A DNA stretch of 32,000 nt from Phycisphaera mikurensis NBRC 102666. Lineage in GTDB: Bacteria; Planctomycetota; Phycisphaerae; Phycisphaerales; Phycisphaeraceae. The stretch is from assembly GCF_000284115.1 (NCBI RefSeq), contig NC_017080.1, positions 1,440,001-1,472,000 of the forward strand. Reading direction: 5' to 3'. Positions 17,750 through 25,897 of the stretch are shown piece after piece (position 1 is the first letter of the stretch; the number at the start of each line of letters is the position of its first letter). Below the pieces are notes generated by a model that saw nothing but the letters and a program-made list of their open reading frames with translations, did no database searches and was not told where the DNA came from. The position numbers and the translations under genes are program-made.

Positions 17750-19318
17750 TCAACACCCCTTCTCCGCCAGGAACGCCGCCACCCGATCGATTCCCACCCT
17801 CTCCTGCTGGGTCGTGTCGCGGTCGCGGATCGTGACGACGTTGTTCTCGAGGGTGTCACCGTCGACGGCGATGCAGAAGGGCGTGCCGATCTCGTCCATG
17901 CGGGCGTAACGCTTGCCGATGGTCTGCTTGGCGTCGTACTCGCAGGCGAACCTCTGGCGGAGCTCCATGTAGAGCTTGTGGGCGACCTCGGGCATCCCGT
18001 CCTTGTTCACGAGCGGGAAGACGCCGGCCTTCACCGGGGCGAACTTCGGCTTGAACTTCATGACGTAGTCCGAGCCGGATCGCTCGGGGCTCGGCGTGAA
18101 GGCCTCGCAGAGCAGCACGAGGACGGCCCGCGTGAGGCCGCTGGCGGGCTCGATGACGTGCGGCGTGTAGCGCGACCGCTCCTTGATCTCGTCCTTGCCG
18201 ACGCCCTCGGCTTTGAGCCGCAGCTGCAGCTCCTGGTCGAAGTAGTCGAGCTTCGCGTTGCTGGCGCGGGTGTGCGCCGTCAGGTCGAAGTTGCCGCGGT
18301 GCGCCACGCCCTCGAGCTCGCCGAAGCCCGGGGCGGTGAAGGGGTAGCGGTACTCGACGTCGACGCAGGCGGACGAGTAGTGGGCCAGCTCGTCGGACCC
18401 GTGGTCCCGGAAGCGCAGGTTCGCTTGGTCGATGCCCAGCGACTCCCACCAGCGCATCCGCTCGTGCTTCCAGAAGTCGTACCACTTGGGCGCCTCCTCC
18501 TCGCTGCAGAACCACTCCATCTCCATCTGCTCGAACTCGCGGGAGCGGAAGATGAAGTTCCGCGGCGTGACCTCGTTGCGGAAGCTCTTGCCGATCTGCG
18601 CGATCCCGAAGGGCACCTTCACCCGCATCGTGTTCAGCACGTTGAGGTAGTTGAGGAAGATGCCCTGCGCGGTCTCGGGCCGCAGGTAGGCCTTGTTCTC
18701 CTCGTTGCGGATGACACCGGGGTAGGTGTCGAGCATGAGGTTGAACTCACGCGGCGGGGTGAGCGTGCCGGCCTTGTCGGTGTCGGGGGCGACGATGGTG
18801 CCGTAGAGCGACTCGTCCACCTGGCTGAGGTTCTTCACCTCGCCGTCGTCGATCGTGACGCCGGCTTTCCTCAGCTTCTTCGCGATGGCGTCGGGCTTGT
18901 TCTCGGGGAAGGCCCAGGCTCCTCTGCCCTCGACGAAGAGCACCTCGACCTGGTCCTGCCGGTACCGGCCGTTGGTCTCGCGGCAGTCGACCATCGGATC
19001 GCTGAAGCCGCCGACGTGGCCGGAGGCCTCCCACACCTTCGGGTTCTGGATGATCGCCGAGTCCAGCCCGAGCACCGAGAGCGGCTCGCCGGAGTCGGGA
19101 TCCAGCGGCGGGCACTCCACCGTCTGGTGCCACCAGTGGTCGCGGACGTGGTTCTTCAGCGCCGTCCCCAGCGGGCCGTAGTCCCAGAAGCCGTTGATGC
19201 CGCCGTAGATCTCCGAGGCGGGAAAGACGAAGCCGCGCCGCTTGCAGAGCGACACGAGCGCCTCCATCGAGCGGGCGGCGTCGGCGGGCGGGGTCGGTCG
19301 CTGGGCGGGGGCGGTCAT
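17750..19318 (-). CDS. glyS: Glycyl-tRNA synthetase (alpha2, single-chain type)
   Basis: SLCKRRGFVFPASEIYGGINGFWDYGPLGTALKNHVRDHWW, FNLMLDT, YLRPETAQGIFLNYLN, QIGKSFRNEVTPRNFIFRSREFEQMEMEWF. ATG at 19318. Confidence 0.96.
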   Translation of the reverse strand: MTAPAQRPTPPADAARSMEALVSLCKRRGFVFPASEIYGGINGFWDYGPLGTALKNHVRDHWWHQTVECPPLDPDSGEPLSVLGLDSAIIQNPKVWEASGHVGGFSDPMVDCRETNGRYRQDQVEVLFVEGRGAWAFPENKPDAIAKKLRKAGVTIDDGEVKNLSQVDESLYGTIVAPDTDKAGTLTPPREFNLMLDTYPGVIRNEENKAYLRPETAQGIFLNYLNVLNTMRVKVPFGIAQIGKSFRNEVTPRNFIFRSREFEQMEMEWFCSEEEAPKWYDFWKHERMRWWESLGIDQANLRFRDHGSDELAHYSSACVDVEYRYPFTAPGFGELEGVAHRGNFDLTAHTRASNAKLDYFDQELQLRLKAEGVGKDEIKERSRYTPHVIEPASGLTRAVLVLLCEAFTPSPERSGSDYVMKFKPKFAPVKAGVFPLVNKDGMPEVAHKLYMELRQRFACEYDAKQTIGKRYARMDEIGTPFCIAVDGDTLENNVVTIRDRDTTQQERVGIDRVAAFLAEKGC

Positions 19319-19421
19319 GGGGCGGGAACGATAAGGAACCCGCACGCGGGGCCCGGGGCCCGGATCCCGGGGCCCGGGCCGCACGGGTGGCGTGGGCCGC
19401 GCGGGATCCGCACCCGGATCT

Positions 19422-20240
19422 TCAGGCTTCGGGCACGGCGATCTGCGGGTCCGCGTCGCCGGGCACCAGGGTCCCCTCCCGGGCCGATCGCAGGATCTGC
19501 AGCCGCAGCGGGTGGTCGTAGCGGAGGAACTCGTCGAAGAAGGCCGCGAGACGCGCCGGGCCCAGCGGCGGGCCGGCGTCCGCGTCCGGCCCCTCCGCGG
19601 CCGTCAGCACGCGGAGCCACGGGGGCCCCACCACCCGCCCGGAGGTGTCGCGGAAGAGGCCCTCCCGGTTCACGATGAAGCGGAGGTGGGCGCCGCGGCC
19701 CTCGTCGTACAGCTGCCCGTCGAAGGCGGATTGGGGGAAGGCGGGATCCTCTCGGCGGCCCCGGGACAGGAGCAGCAGCGTCGTGCGGTCGCCTTCGGCG
19801 AGCACGCGGCCGCGGAGGTCGTCGAGGCTGAGCATCTCGCCGTCGATCGCGTGCTTCCGGTCGCTCCAGGCCGGGTTCCACGCCCGGGTGGGGTCGCCGT
19901 CCGACGAGCCGTCCCGCAGCCACGCCAGCAGCGCGAGGCCGTTGTGCGCGTTCGCGTAGAACGCGATCCGCTGCCGCGGGAAGCGGAACAGCGAGGGCCG
20001 CGTGCGGGGGCCGTGCCCGTCGAGGTGCTCGGCGAAGAGCTCCAGGGACGCGCGGTAGTGGCCGGTCAGCACGCGGTGGTTGAGGCGCCCGCGGTCCCAG
20101 GCGGGCTCGAGCGCCTCGTCGAGGAGCGCGGGGGTGTAGCGGTCCACGTCGCGCAGGGTCAGCCGCTCCGCGTCCGGATCGCAGGCGGAGACGCACGCGA
20201 GGAGCGAAAGCAGCAGGAGCGGGAGCCGGAAGGGGCGCAT
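19422..20240 (-). CDS. DUF547-like lipoprotein of unknown function
   Basis: MRPFRLPLLLLSLLACVSACDPD lipobox-like start, then FRFPRQRIAFYANAHNGLALLAWL and HLRFIVNREGLF, resembling DUF547. Confidence 0.6.
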   Translation of the reverse strand: MRPFRLPLLLLSLLACVSACDPDAERLTLRDVDRYTPALLDEALEPAWDRGRLNHRVLTGHYRASLELFAEHLDGHGPRTRPSLFRFPRQRIAFYANAHNGLALLAWLRDGSSDGDPTRAWNPAWSDRKHAIDGEMLSLDDLRGRVLAEGDRTTLLLLSRGRREDPAFPQSAFDGQLYDEGRGAHLRFIVNREGLFRDTSGRVVGPPWLRVLTAAEGPDADAGPPLGPARLAAFFDEFLRYDHPLRLQILRSAREGTLVPGDADPQIAVPEA

Positions 20241-20297
20241 GACCCGCGAGCCTAAAGCCGCAGGAGCCGGCGCCAAGGCTTTTTCTTCGGGCTCGCT

Positions 20298-21095
20298 TCA
20301 GCCGCCGGTCGCGGCGGCCGCGCCCGCCCCGGCGAGGCGGCGGACCCGGCCGCGGGCGTCGAGCAGCTCCGCGAGCGCGGCCTGGAGAGCCTCGGCGGCG
20401 GGGCCGCAGGCATCGGCGGCCCGCCCGCGCTCCGCGCCGCCGCGGAGGCCGTCCCAGGCGGCGCCGTTGGCGTCGCGGAGGCGCCCGGCGGCCGCGAGGA
20501 GATCGAGCATCGGAGCGTGCCACGCGTCCTCCTCCTGGCAGCCGAGCCAGGCCGCCTCGGGCGAGGTCAGGAGCGCCGCCAGGTCGCCCTCGAGCAGCTC
20601 GAAGGAGGCGGCGAAGATGGCGGGGTCGGGCAGCTGGAACCTCCGCGCCGAGACCTGCCGGATCAACACCTCCGCCGCTGGCACCGCGAGGTCGCAGCGT
20701 CCCAGCACCGACGAGCGGGTCGCCGCCCAGCGTCCTGGTTGCGGCGGTCCCTCCGCCCCCGTCCGCGCGGGCCCAACCTCCGCGTGCTCCCCCATCGCGG
20801 CCGCTCGATCATCTGCCGGAGCGGCTTCGGGGAAGTCGGGGTCTCCGGCGAGCAGGCCCCCGAGCGGGACGTTCAGGACCGCGGCCACCCGCTCCGCGAC
20901 CTCCCGCGACAGCTGCACGCGCCCGCTCTCGTAGGCGTAGATCGCGTGCTCGGTGACGTCGCTGCCGGCGGTGCGGTCGTTGATGCGCTCCACCAGCCGC
21001 CGCGCGGACAGGCCCGCCGCATTGCGGGTGGCCTTGAGCGCCGCCCCGCGTCGGCGACGGATCTCGACGGCAGAATGTGTGGAAAGTTGCTGCAA
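20298..21095 (-). CDS. XRE-family helix-turn-helix regulator
   Basis: IRRRRGAALKATRNAAGLSARRLVERINDRTAGSDVTEHAIYAYESGRVQLSREVAERVAAVLNVPLGGLLAG. Confidence 0.75.
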   Translation of the reverse strand: MQQLSTHSAVEIRRRRGAALKATRNAAGLSARRLVERINDRTAGSDVTEHAIYAYESGRVQLSREVAERVAAVLNVPLGGLLAGDPDFPEAAPADDRAAAMGEHAEVGPARTGAEGPPQPGRWAATRSSVLGRCDLAVPAAEVLIRQVSARRFQLPDPAIFAASFELLEGDLAALLTSPEAAWLGCQEEDAWHAPMLDLLAAAGRLRDANGAAWDGLRGGAERGRAADACGPAAEALQAALAELLDARGRVRRLAGAGAAAATGG

Positions 21096-21423
21096 AATGT
21101 CCTTGTGACGTCAGGGTTCCCGCGACCTCGGCCGTGGGAGGGCATCCCCATCGTACATCCGACGGATTTGCAACAGCCGATGCGCCTCGATCCGGTCCGA
21201 TAACGGGGTCCTGTCAGATTTTCGACGGGCCGGTTGCACATTTTGACGAAACCTCTACAGTGTCCGCACGCCCCACGGAAGGGGCGACCCTCCCGATCGA
21301 CGCCTCGCCGGACACGGGGCCGAGCGGACAGGGGAACACAGAGAGGTCCATGGCAGGCCGCCACCGCGTTCCAGGACGGAAATGCAGGGCCTTTCTGTGT
21401 GCGCGCCCGGCCTCGGCTTCGGG

Positions 21424-22395
21424 TCATCTTGGGGCGTTCGGTGCGGACGCGGCGGCGAAGCCGCGGAGCTTGGCGGACCGGCTGCGCGGGTTGGCGGCGG
21501 CTTCGTCGTCGGCCGCGGTGAGGGGCTTCCGGGTGAGCCGCCGGCCGAGGTCCTGCTGCTGGAAGCGGAGGAAGGCCCGCTTCACCGGGCGGTCCTCCAG
21601 CGAGTGGAAGGAGATCACGGCGGCGTGCCCGCCGGGGCGGAGCAGGCGCGGGATCGCGTCGAGCAGGCTTGCCAGCGCGTCCAGCTCGCCGTTCACGGCG
21701 ATCCGCAGGGCCTGGAAGGTGCGGGTGGCGGGGTGGACCGGGTGGCGCGGCGGCCCGCCGCCGCGGCGCTTCGGCGGCGGGTAGCAGCGGAAGACGAGCT
21801 CGGCGAGGCGGAGCGTGGTCTCGATCGGCGCTTGCTGCCGGGCCTCCACGATCCGGCGGGCGATGCGGCGGGAGAGGCGCTCCTCGCCGTGGAGGTAGAT
21901 GAGGTCCGCGAGCTCGTCTTGGCCGAGCGTGTTCACGAGATCGGCGGCGGTGGGGCGGCCGGCATCGCCGGCGTCGAGCCGCATGTCCAGGGGGCCGTCG
22001 TGGCGGAACGAGAAGCCGCGGGCGGGATCGTCCACCTGGTTGCTGGCGAAGCCCAGGTCGGCGAGGAGGGCGTCGACGCCGCCGGGGGCTTCATTTGCCA
22101 CGACGGCTTCCGCTCCGGCAAAGGAGCCGTGGTGGAGGATCAGCCGCACGCCGTGCGCCTCCGCGATCGGGCGGAGCCGATCGCCCGCGTGGGCGAGGTT
22201 CCCGGCGTCGAGGTCGAAGCCGATCACCGTCCCGCCGGGGAGCAGCGGGAGCAGCCGGCGGGCGTGCCCGCCCCGGCCCAGCGTGGCGTCGAGCAGCACC
22301 GCTCCGGGGCCCAAGGCGGGGGCGAGCAGGTTCTCCACCTCCGCCGGCAGCACCGGGACGTGCCCGTCGGGCGTGGGGGGGAGGGCGTCGCTCAA
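21424..22395 (-). CDS. rsmH: 16S rRNA (cytosine1402-N4)-methyltransferase RsmH (MraW)
   Basis: HVPVLPAEV, LLDATLGRGGHARRLL, DALLADLGFASNQVDDPARGFSFRHDGPLDMRLD, FHSLEDRPVKRAF. Confidence 0.96.
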   Translation of the reverse strand: MSDALPPTPDGHVPVLPAEVENLLAPALGPGAVLLDATLGRGGHARRLLPLLPGGTVIGFDLDAGNLAHAGDRLRPIAEAHGVRLILHHGSFAGAEAVVANEAPGGVDALLADLGFASNQVDDPARGFSFRHDGPLDMRLDAGDAGRPTAADLVNTLGQDELADLIYLHGEERLSRRIARRIVEARQQAPIETTLRLAELVFRCYPPPKRRGGGPPRHPVHPATRTFQALRIAVNGELDALASLLDAIPRLLRPGGHAAVISFHSLEDRPVKRAFLRFQQQDLGRRLTRKPLTAADDEAAANPRSRSAKLRGFAAASAPNAPR

Positions 22396-22458
22396 GGTGC
22401 GAACGTAGCGGCGGCTTGCGGCGGCCGCGGGTGCTGCTATCGTTCTCGCCGCAACGCG

Positions 22459-22542
22459 GCCCGCGTGGCGGAATTGGCAGACGCGCCGTCTTCAGGTGGC
22501 GGTTCCTTCACCGGAGTACAGGTTCGACTCCTGTCGCGGGCA
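22459..22542 (+). tRNA. tRNA-Leu (anticodon CAG)
   Basis: 84 nt; acceptor GCCCGCG/CGCGGGC, anticodon stem CCGTC/GGCGG with loop TTCAGGT, long variable arm, T-arm GGTTCGACTCC. Confidence 0.95.
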
Positions 22543-22551
22543 TACGAGACG

Positions 22552-22572
22552 GCCCGGCACGTGGTGCCGGGC
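22552..22572 (+). terminator. Hairpin between the two tRNA-Leu genes (terminator or processing signal)
   Basis: GCCCGGCAC-GTG-GTGCCGGGC, perfect 9-bp stem. Confidence 0.4.
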
Positions 22573-22615
22573 GGTCGCGTGCGCCGAGCGCGGCGGGGTA
22601 CGCTGCGGGCTCGCC

Positions 22616-22699
22616 GCGGGCGTGGCGGAACTGGCAGACGCGCGAGATTTAGGTTCTCGTTCCAGCGATGGAGTGCAGGTTCGATCCCTGTCGCCCGCA
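22616..22699 (+). tRNA. tRNA-Leu (anticodon UAG)
   Basis: 84 nt; acceptor GCGGGCG/CGCCCGC, anticodon stem CGAGA/TCTCG with loop TTTAGGT, long variable arm, GGTTCGATCCC. Confidence 0.95.
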
Positions 22700-22806
22700 A
22701 GCACCTCCGGGGCCCCCCGCGTGTGGAGGCGGACGCGCCGCTGCGGGTGCGGGGCGGTGCCTGCGGGCCGTGCGGCGCTTCGCTAGAGTGGCCGCCCAGC
22801 GACTGA

Positions 22807-22879
22807 GGCCAGATAGCTCAGTTGGTAGAGCACAGCATTGAAAATGCTGGGGTCGCCGGTTCGAGCCCGGCTCTGGCCA
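22807..22879 (+). tRNA. tRNA-Phe (anticodon GAA)
   Basis: 73 nt; acceptor GGCCAGA/TCTGGCC, anticodon arm CAGCA-TTGAAAA-TGCTG, T-arm GGTTCGAGCCC. Confidence 0.96.
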
Positions 22880-22921
22880 CGAAACAAGCTCCGGGCCCCC
22901 GGGCCCGGAGCTTGTTTCGTG
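22878..22921 (+). terminator. Perfect 21-bp stem hairpin directly after tRNA-Phe
   Basis: CACGAAACAAGCTCCGGGCCC-CC-GGGCCCGGAGCTTGTTTCGTG; A-rich and T-rich segments lie within the stem. Confidence 0.75.
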
Positions 22922-23009
22922 CGGCGGGCCGGCGGTGGTCGGCGGCCCCGGACCGCCCGCGCGCGTCTGCGACCGGTGGTGCCGGTGCGGTGCCCGGTAG
23001 CGTCCGCCC

Positions 23010-23861
23010 ATGGCCGCCCCCGCACCCGCTTCCTCTTTTGCCACGCGGCTCGCCGCCGCCGTCGATCGACGCGGTGGCGCCGCCTGCGTCGGGCTCGATC
23101 CGGTCCTCGAGAAGGTCCCCCACCGCAACGGCGGCGACCCGGTGGCCGCCATCGAGGCCTTCAGCCTCCGCGTCGTCGAGGCCGTCGCGGGCCTGGTCCC
23201 CGCGGTGAAGCTCCAGATGGCCTGCTTCGAGCGGTACGGGAGCCGGGGTGTCGCGGCCGCCGAGCGGGTGCTCGGGGCGGCCGGGGAGGCGGAGCTGCTG
23301 ACCATCGCCGACGCCAAGCGCGGCGACATCGGCGTGTCCGCCGCGCACTACGCCGCGGCCTTCACCGCCGGGCCCCTCGCCGCCGACGCGGTGACCGTCA
23401 GCCCCTACCTGGGCTTCGACACGCTCGTGCCCTTCCGGGAGGCGGCCGCCGCGGCGGGCACCGGCGTGTTCGTGCTCGTGCGGACGAGCAACCCCGGCGG
23501 CGACGACCTGCAGTCGCTGCGGACGCCCGGCGGCGGCGTTGCGGAGGTCGTCGCGGCCGGCATCGAGCGGATGAACGGCGGGCTCCAAGCGGGCGAGGCC
23601 TACGGGCCGGTGGGCGCCGTGGTCGGTGCCACGCGGCCGGCGGTGGCCGAGGCGCTGCGGGTCCGGATGCCGCGGTCGATCCTGCTCGTGCCCGGCATCG
23701 GAGCCCAGGGCGGCGACCCCGCGGCGCTTTCGGCCCTCTTCGACGCGAGAGGCCACGGGGCGCTGCTCACCGCGAGCCGGTCGGTCATCTACGCCGAAGA
23801 CCCCGCCGAGGGCGCACGGCGGCTGGTGGCCGCCGCCGCGCAGGCCGCGGACCGCGGCTGA
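23010..23861 (+). CDS. pyrF: Orotidine 5'-phosphate decarboxylase (type 2)
   Basis: ACVGLDPVLEKVP, VKLQMACFERYG, LTIADAKRGDIGVSAAHYAAAF, DAVTVSPYLGFD, VLVRTSNPGG. Confidence 0.95.
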   Translation: MAAPAPASSFATRLAAAVDRRGGAACVGLDPVLEKVPHRNGGDPVAAIEAFSLRVVEAVAGLVPAVKLQMACFERYGSRGVAAAERVLGAAGEAELLTIADAKRGDIGVSAAHYAAAFTAGPLAADAVTVSPYLGFDTLVPFREAAAAAGTGVFVLVRTSNPGGDDLQSLRTPGGGVAEVVAAGIERMNGGLQAGEAYGPVGAVVGATRPAVAEALRVRMPRSILLVPGIGAQGGDPAALSALFDARGHGALLTASRSVIYAEDPAEGARRLVAAAAQAADRG

Positions 23862-23892
23862 ATCGGCCCGGCGCGGCCCCCGATCCGCGGTT

Positions 23893-24882
23893 TCACCCCC
23901 GGCCGTTGATCTTCAACAGCCGCTCCGGCGACTCCGGCTGGTTGGTCCGCGAGGAGAGGCGCATCGCCTCGACGCAGGCGAGCGCGGCGGCGTCGTGGCC
24001 GGGCCCGGGGCCGGGGGCCCGGGGGTGGTGGAGGTGGCGACGCCAGCGACCGGCGACCTGGTCGACGAAAGCCGTGGCGGCGGGCGGCTCGGCGGCGTCG
24101 ACGGCGACGGCGGCGTCCTCTCCTCGGAGGACCAGCCGCTCGTACCCGCCGTCGTGGATCTCCAGCTGCGCGTCGGCCCCCAAGAGCCGCAGGCTCCGGA
24201 CCGAGCGGGCGGCGTCGGCGGCGACGTCGAGGCTGACGGTGCTGCCGTCGCGGCCGCGGGCGAGCACGGCGACCCGCCCGCCGGCGGCGCGTGCGTCAAC
24301 GTCCACCGGCGGCGGGCTCCAGGCGGCGAGCAGGTTCTCGGGCATCTCCACGAAGCGGAGCACCGTGCGCCAGGCGTCGACGAGCCGCGCGAGCAGGCTG
24401 CCCTCGTCCGGCCGCCCGTGCGACACCAGCCGGATCTGCGGCGGGCCGGTCACCTCGACGAGCGGGTCCAGCGCCGCCTCCACGCCGAGGCTGCGGTCGA
24501 AGCGGGGCACCTCCAAGAGGTGCGGGGCGACCCTCGTCAACCACGGCGCCGCGAGCTCCTGGAGGCCGGCCGCGGGCGGCTCGGTGGTCACCACCAGCGT
24601 GCCCTGATCCGCCGCGGCCTGGATCAGCTCCGGCGGGAGCCCGCCGCGGACCGCCACGAGCAGGCACGCCGCCGACCGCTCGATCAGCATCCGCCGCAGG
24701 TCGGGCGAGGGGTCGAGCCGGCCCCCCGCGACGCGCGCCAGATCGGCAGCCGCGGCGTCGGGACCGCCGATCCCGATGACCTCGATGGCGTCGCCCATGA
24801 CGTCCAGCAGCGAACCCGCGTAGCGGGCGTGGGCGGCGTCCACCCAGGTGGTGACCTCGTGGGGCAGAGAGGCGTCGCTCAC
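23893..24882 (-). CDS. Hypothetical protein, weak Gfo/Idh/MocA-like impression
   Basis: VTTWVDAAHARYAGSLLDVMGDAIEVIGIGGPDAAAADLARVAGGRLDPSPDLRRMLIERSAACLLVAVRGGLPPELIQAAADQGTLVVTTEPP. GTG start at 24882 proposed; upstream part of the ORF is encoded by the MITE-like element. Confidence 0.5.
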   Translation of the reverse strand: MSDASLPHEVTTWVDAAHARYAGSLLDVMGDAIEVIGIGGPDAAAADLARVAGGRLDPSPDLRRMLIERSAACLLVAVRGGLPPELIQAAADQGTLVVTTEPPAAGLQELAAPWLTRVAPHLLEVPRFDRSLGVEAALDPLVEVTGPPQIRLVSHGRPDEGSLLARLVDAWRTVLRFVEMPENLLAAWSPPPVDVDARAAGGRVAVLARGRDGSTVSLDVAADAARSVRSLRLLGADAQLEIHDGGYERLVLRGEDAAVAVDAAEPPAATAFVDQVAGRWRRHLHHPRAPGPGPGHDAAALACVEAMRLSSRTNQPESPERLLKINGRG

Positions 24883-24946
24883 GGACGAAGCGTACGGAGC
24901 GGCGTCGGCGGCGCTGCCGCTCCTGCCCCGGGCCGACGCTCTTAGC

Positions 24947-25096
24947 GCACCGTGCGCAATTTTCCGATCGCCTCTGCGGGCGAGTCGTGCCCCTCGCTTC
25001 ATCGGCTGCATCGCCCTGCAGGGGCAGGGCTGCTTCGCCTCCTCACGAGGAACACGACGCGCGGACGCAGGCCGATCGGAAAATTGCGCACGATGC
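24947..25096. mobile_element. 150-bp MITE-like element with 24-bp terminal inverted repeats
   Basis: Left GCACCGTGCGCAATTTTCCGATCG (24947-24970); right is the reverse complement of GCATCGTGCGCAATTTTCCGATCG (25073-25096), one mismatch. TTAG on both sides; inner hairpin GCCCTGC-AGGG-GCAGGGC. Confidence 0.7.
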
Positions 25097-25897
25097 TTAG
25101 GCCCTTCTGTCGGCGTCGCGGCCACGCTTGCCCGGCACGAGCACGCCCCGCGCGGCCGCGGTCTCCTCCACCAGCCGGCCGCCCTCGAGCACCACCACCC
25201 GCTCCGCGGCTCTGGCCACCTTGTCGTCGTGGGTCACCAGCACCAGCGTCTGCCCGGCCCGGTGCAGGCCCAGGAACAGGTCGAGCACCTCGCGGCCCGT
25301 GGTCGCGTCGAGGTTGCCGGTGGGCTCGTCCGCGAGCAGGATGGCCGGCTCGTTGACGAGGGCCCGGGCGATCGCCACCCGCTGACGCTCGCCGCCGGAG
25401 AGCTTGCCCGGCCGGTGGTGGAGCCGATCCCCGAGGCCGACGCGGCCGAGCAGGTCGGCCGCGCGGGCCTTCGCCTCGCGCCGCGTCGACGGCCACCGGG
25501 TGAGCGGCGTGGCCACCCGGGCCGCGAGCAGCACGTTCTGCAGGGCGGACAGCTCCCCGATGAGGTGGTAGCTCTGGAAGACCAGGCCGATGGAGCTGCG
25601 GCGGTAGCGGTCCAGCCGCCGCTCGCTCCCGCCGTAGACGTTCTCGCCGCGGAAGAACAGACCGCCCCCCGCGGGCGTGCCCGCGGCCGTCGGGTCGGGG
25701 CGGTCGAGCCCGGCGAGCAGGTGCAGGAGCGTGCTCTTGCCCGAGCCCGAGCGGCCGAGGATCGCCAGGCAGTCGCCGGCGTCGACCGCGAGGCCGAGCC
25801 CGTCGAGCACGCGGAGGTCGCGGCCGCCTTCGCGGAAGGTGCGGGAGACCGCCTTGGCGACGAGCAGGCCGGCGGTGGGGGGGGCGGCGTCGCTCAC
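25097..25897 (-). CDS. lolD: LolD-like ABC transporter ATP-binding protein
   Basis: ILGRSGSGKSTLLHLLAGLDRP, LSGGERQRVAIARALVNEPAILLADEPTGNLD. GTG start overlaps the stop of the upstream permease gene. Found in frame within ORF 25097..27628. Confidence 0.88.
   Translation of the reverse strand: MSDAAPPTAGLLVAKAVSRTFREGGRDLRVLDGLGLAVDAGDCLAILGRSGSGKSTLLHLLAGLDRPDPTAAGTPAGGGLFFRGENVYGGSERRLDRYRRSSIGLVFQSYHLIGELSALQNVLLAARVATPLTRWPSTRREAKARAADLLGRVGLGDRLHHRPGKLSGGERQRVAIARALVNEPAILLADEPTGNLDATTGREVLDLFLGLHRAGQTLVLVTHDDKVARAAERVVVLEGGRLVEETAAARGVLVPGKRGRDADRRA

Noticed and set aside
19347-19381. GGGCCCGG/CCGGGCCC run upstream of glyS considered as a palindromic operator
   Set aside because: Manual alignment shows no clean perfect dyad; it reads as low-complexity GC sequence.
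16049-19678. 1209-aa plus-strand ORF spanning the glyS antisense strand
   Set aside because: Overlaps glyS and the DUF2183 gene in antisense and crosses the GAAGC repeat; shadow-ORF composition.
21234-21521. 95-aa ORF between the XRE regulator and rsmH
   Set aside because: Arg-rich, mostly overlapping rsmH in antisense, with no recognizable family.
21424-22395. rsmH apart from a classical dcw division cluster considered as a finding
   Set aside because: Reduced or dispersed division clusters are expected in planctomycete-like genomes, so this is not remarkable without whole-genome context.
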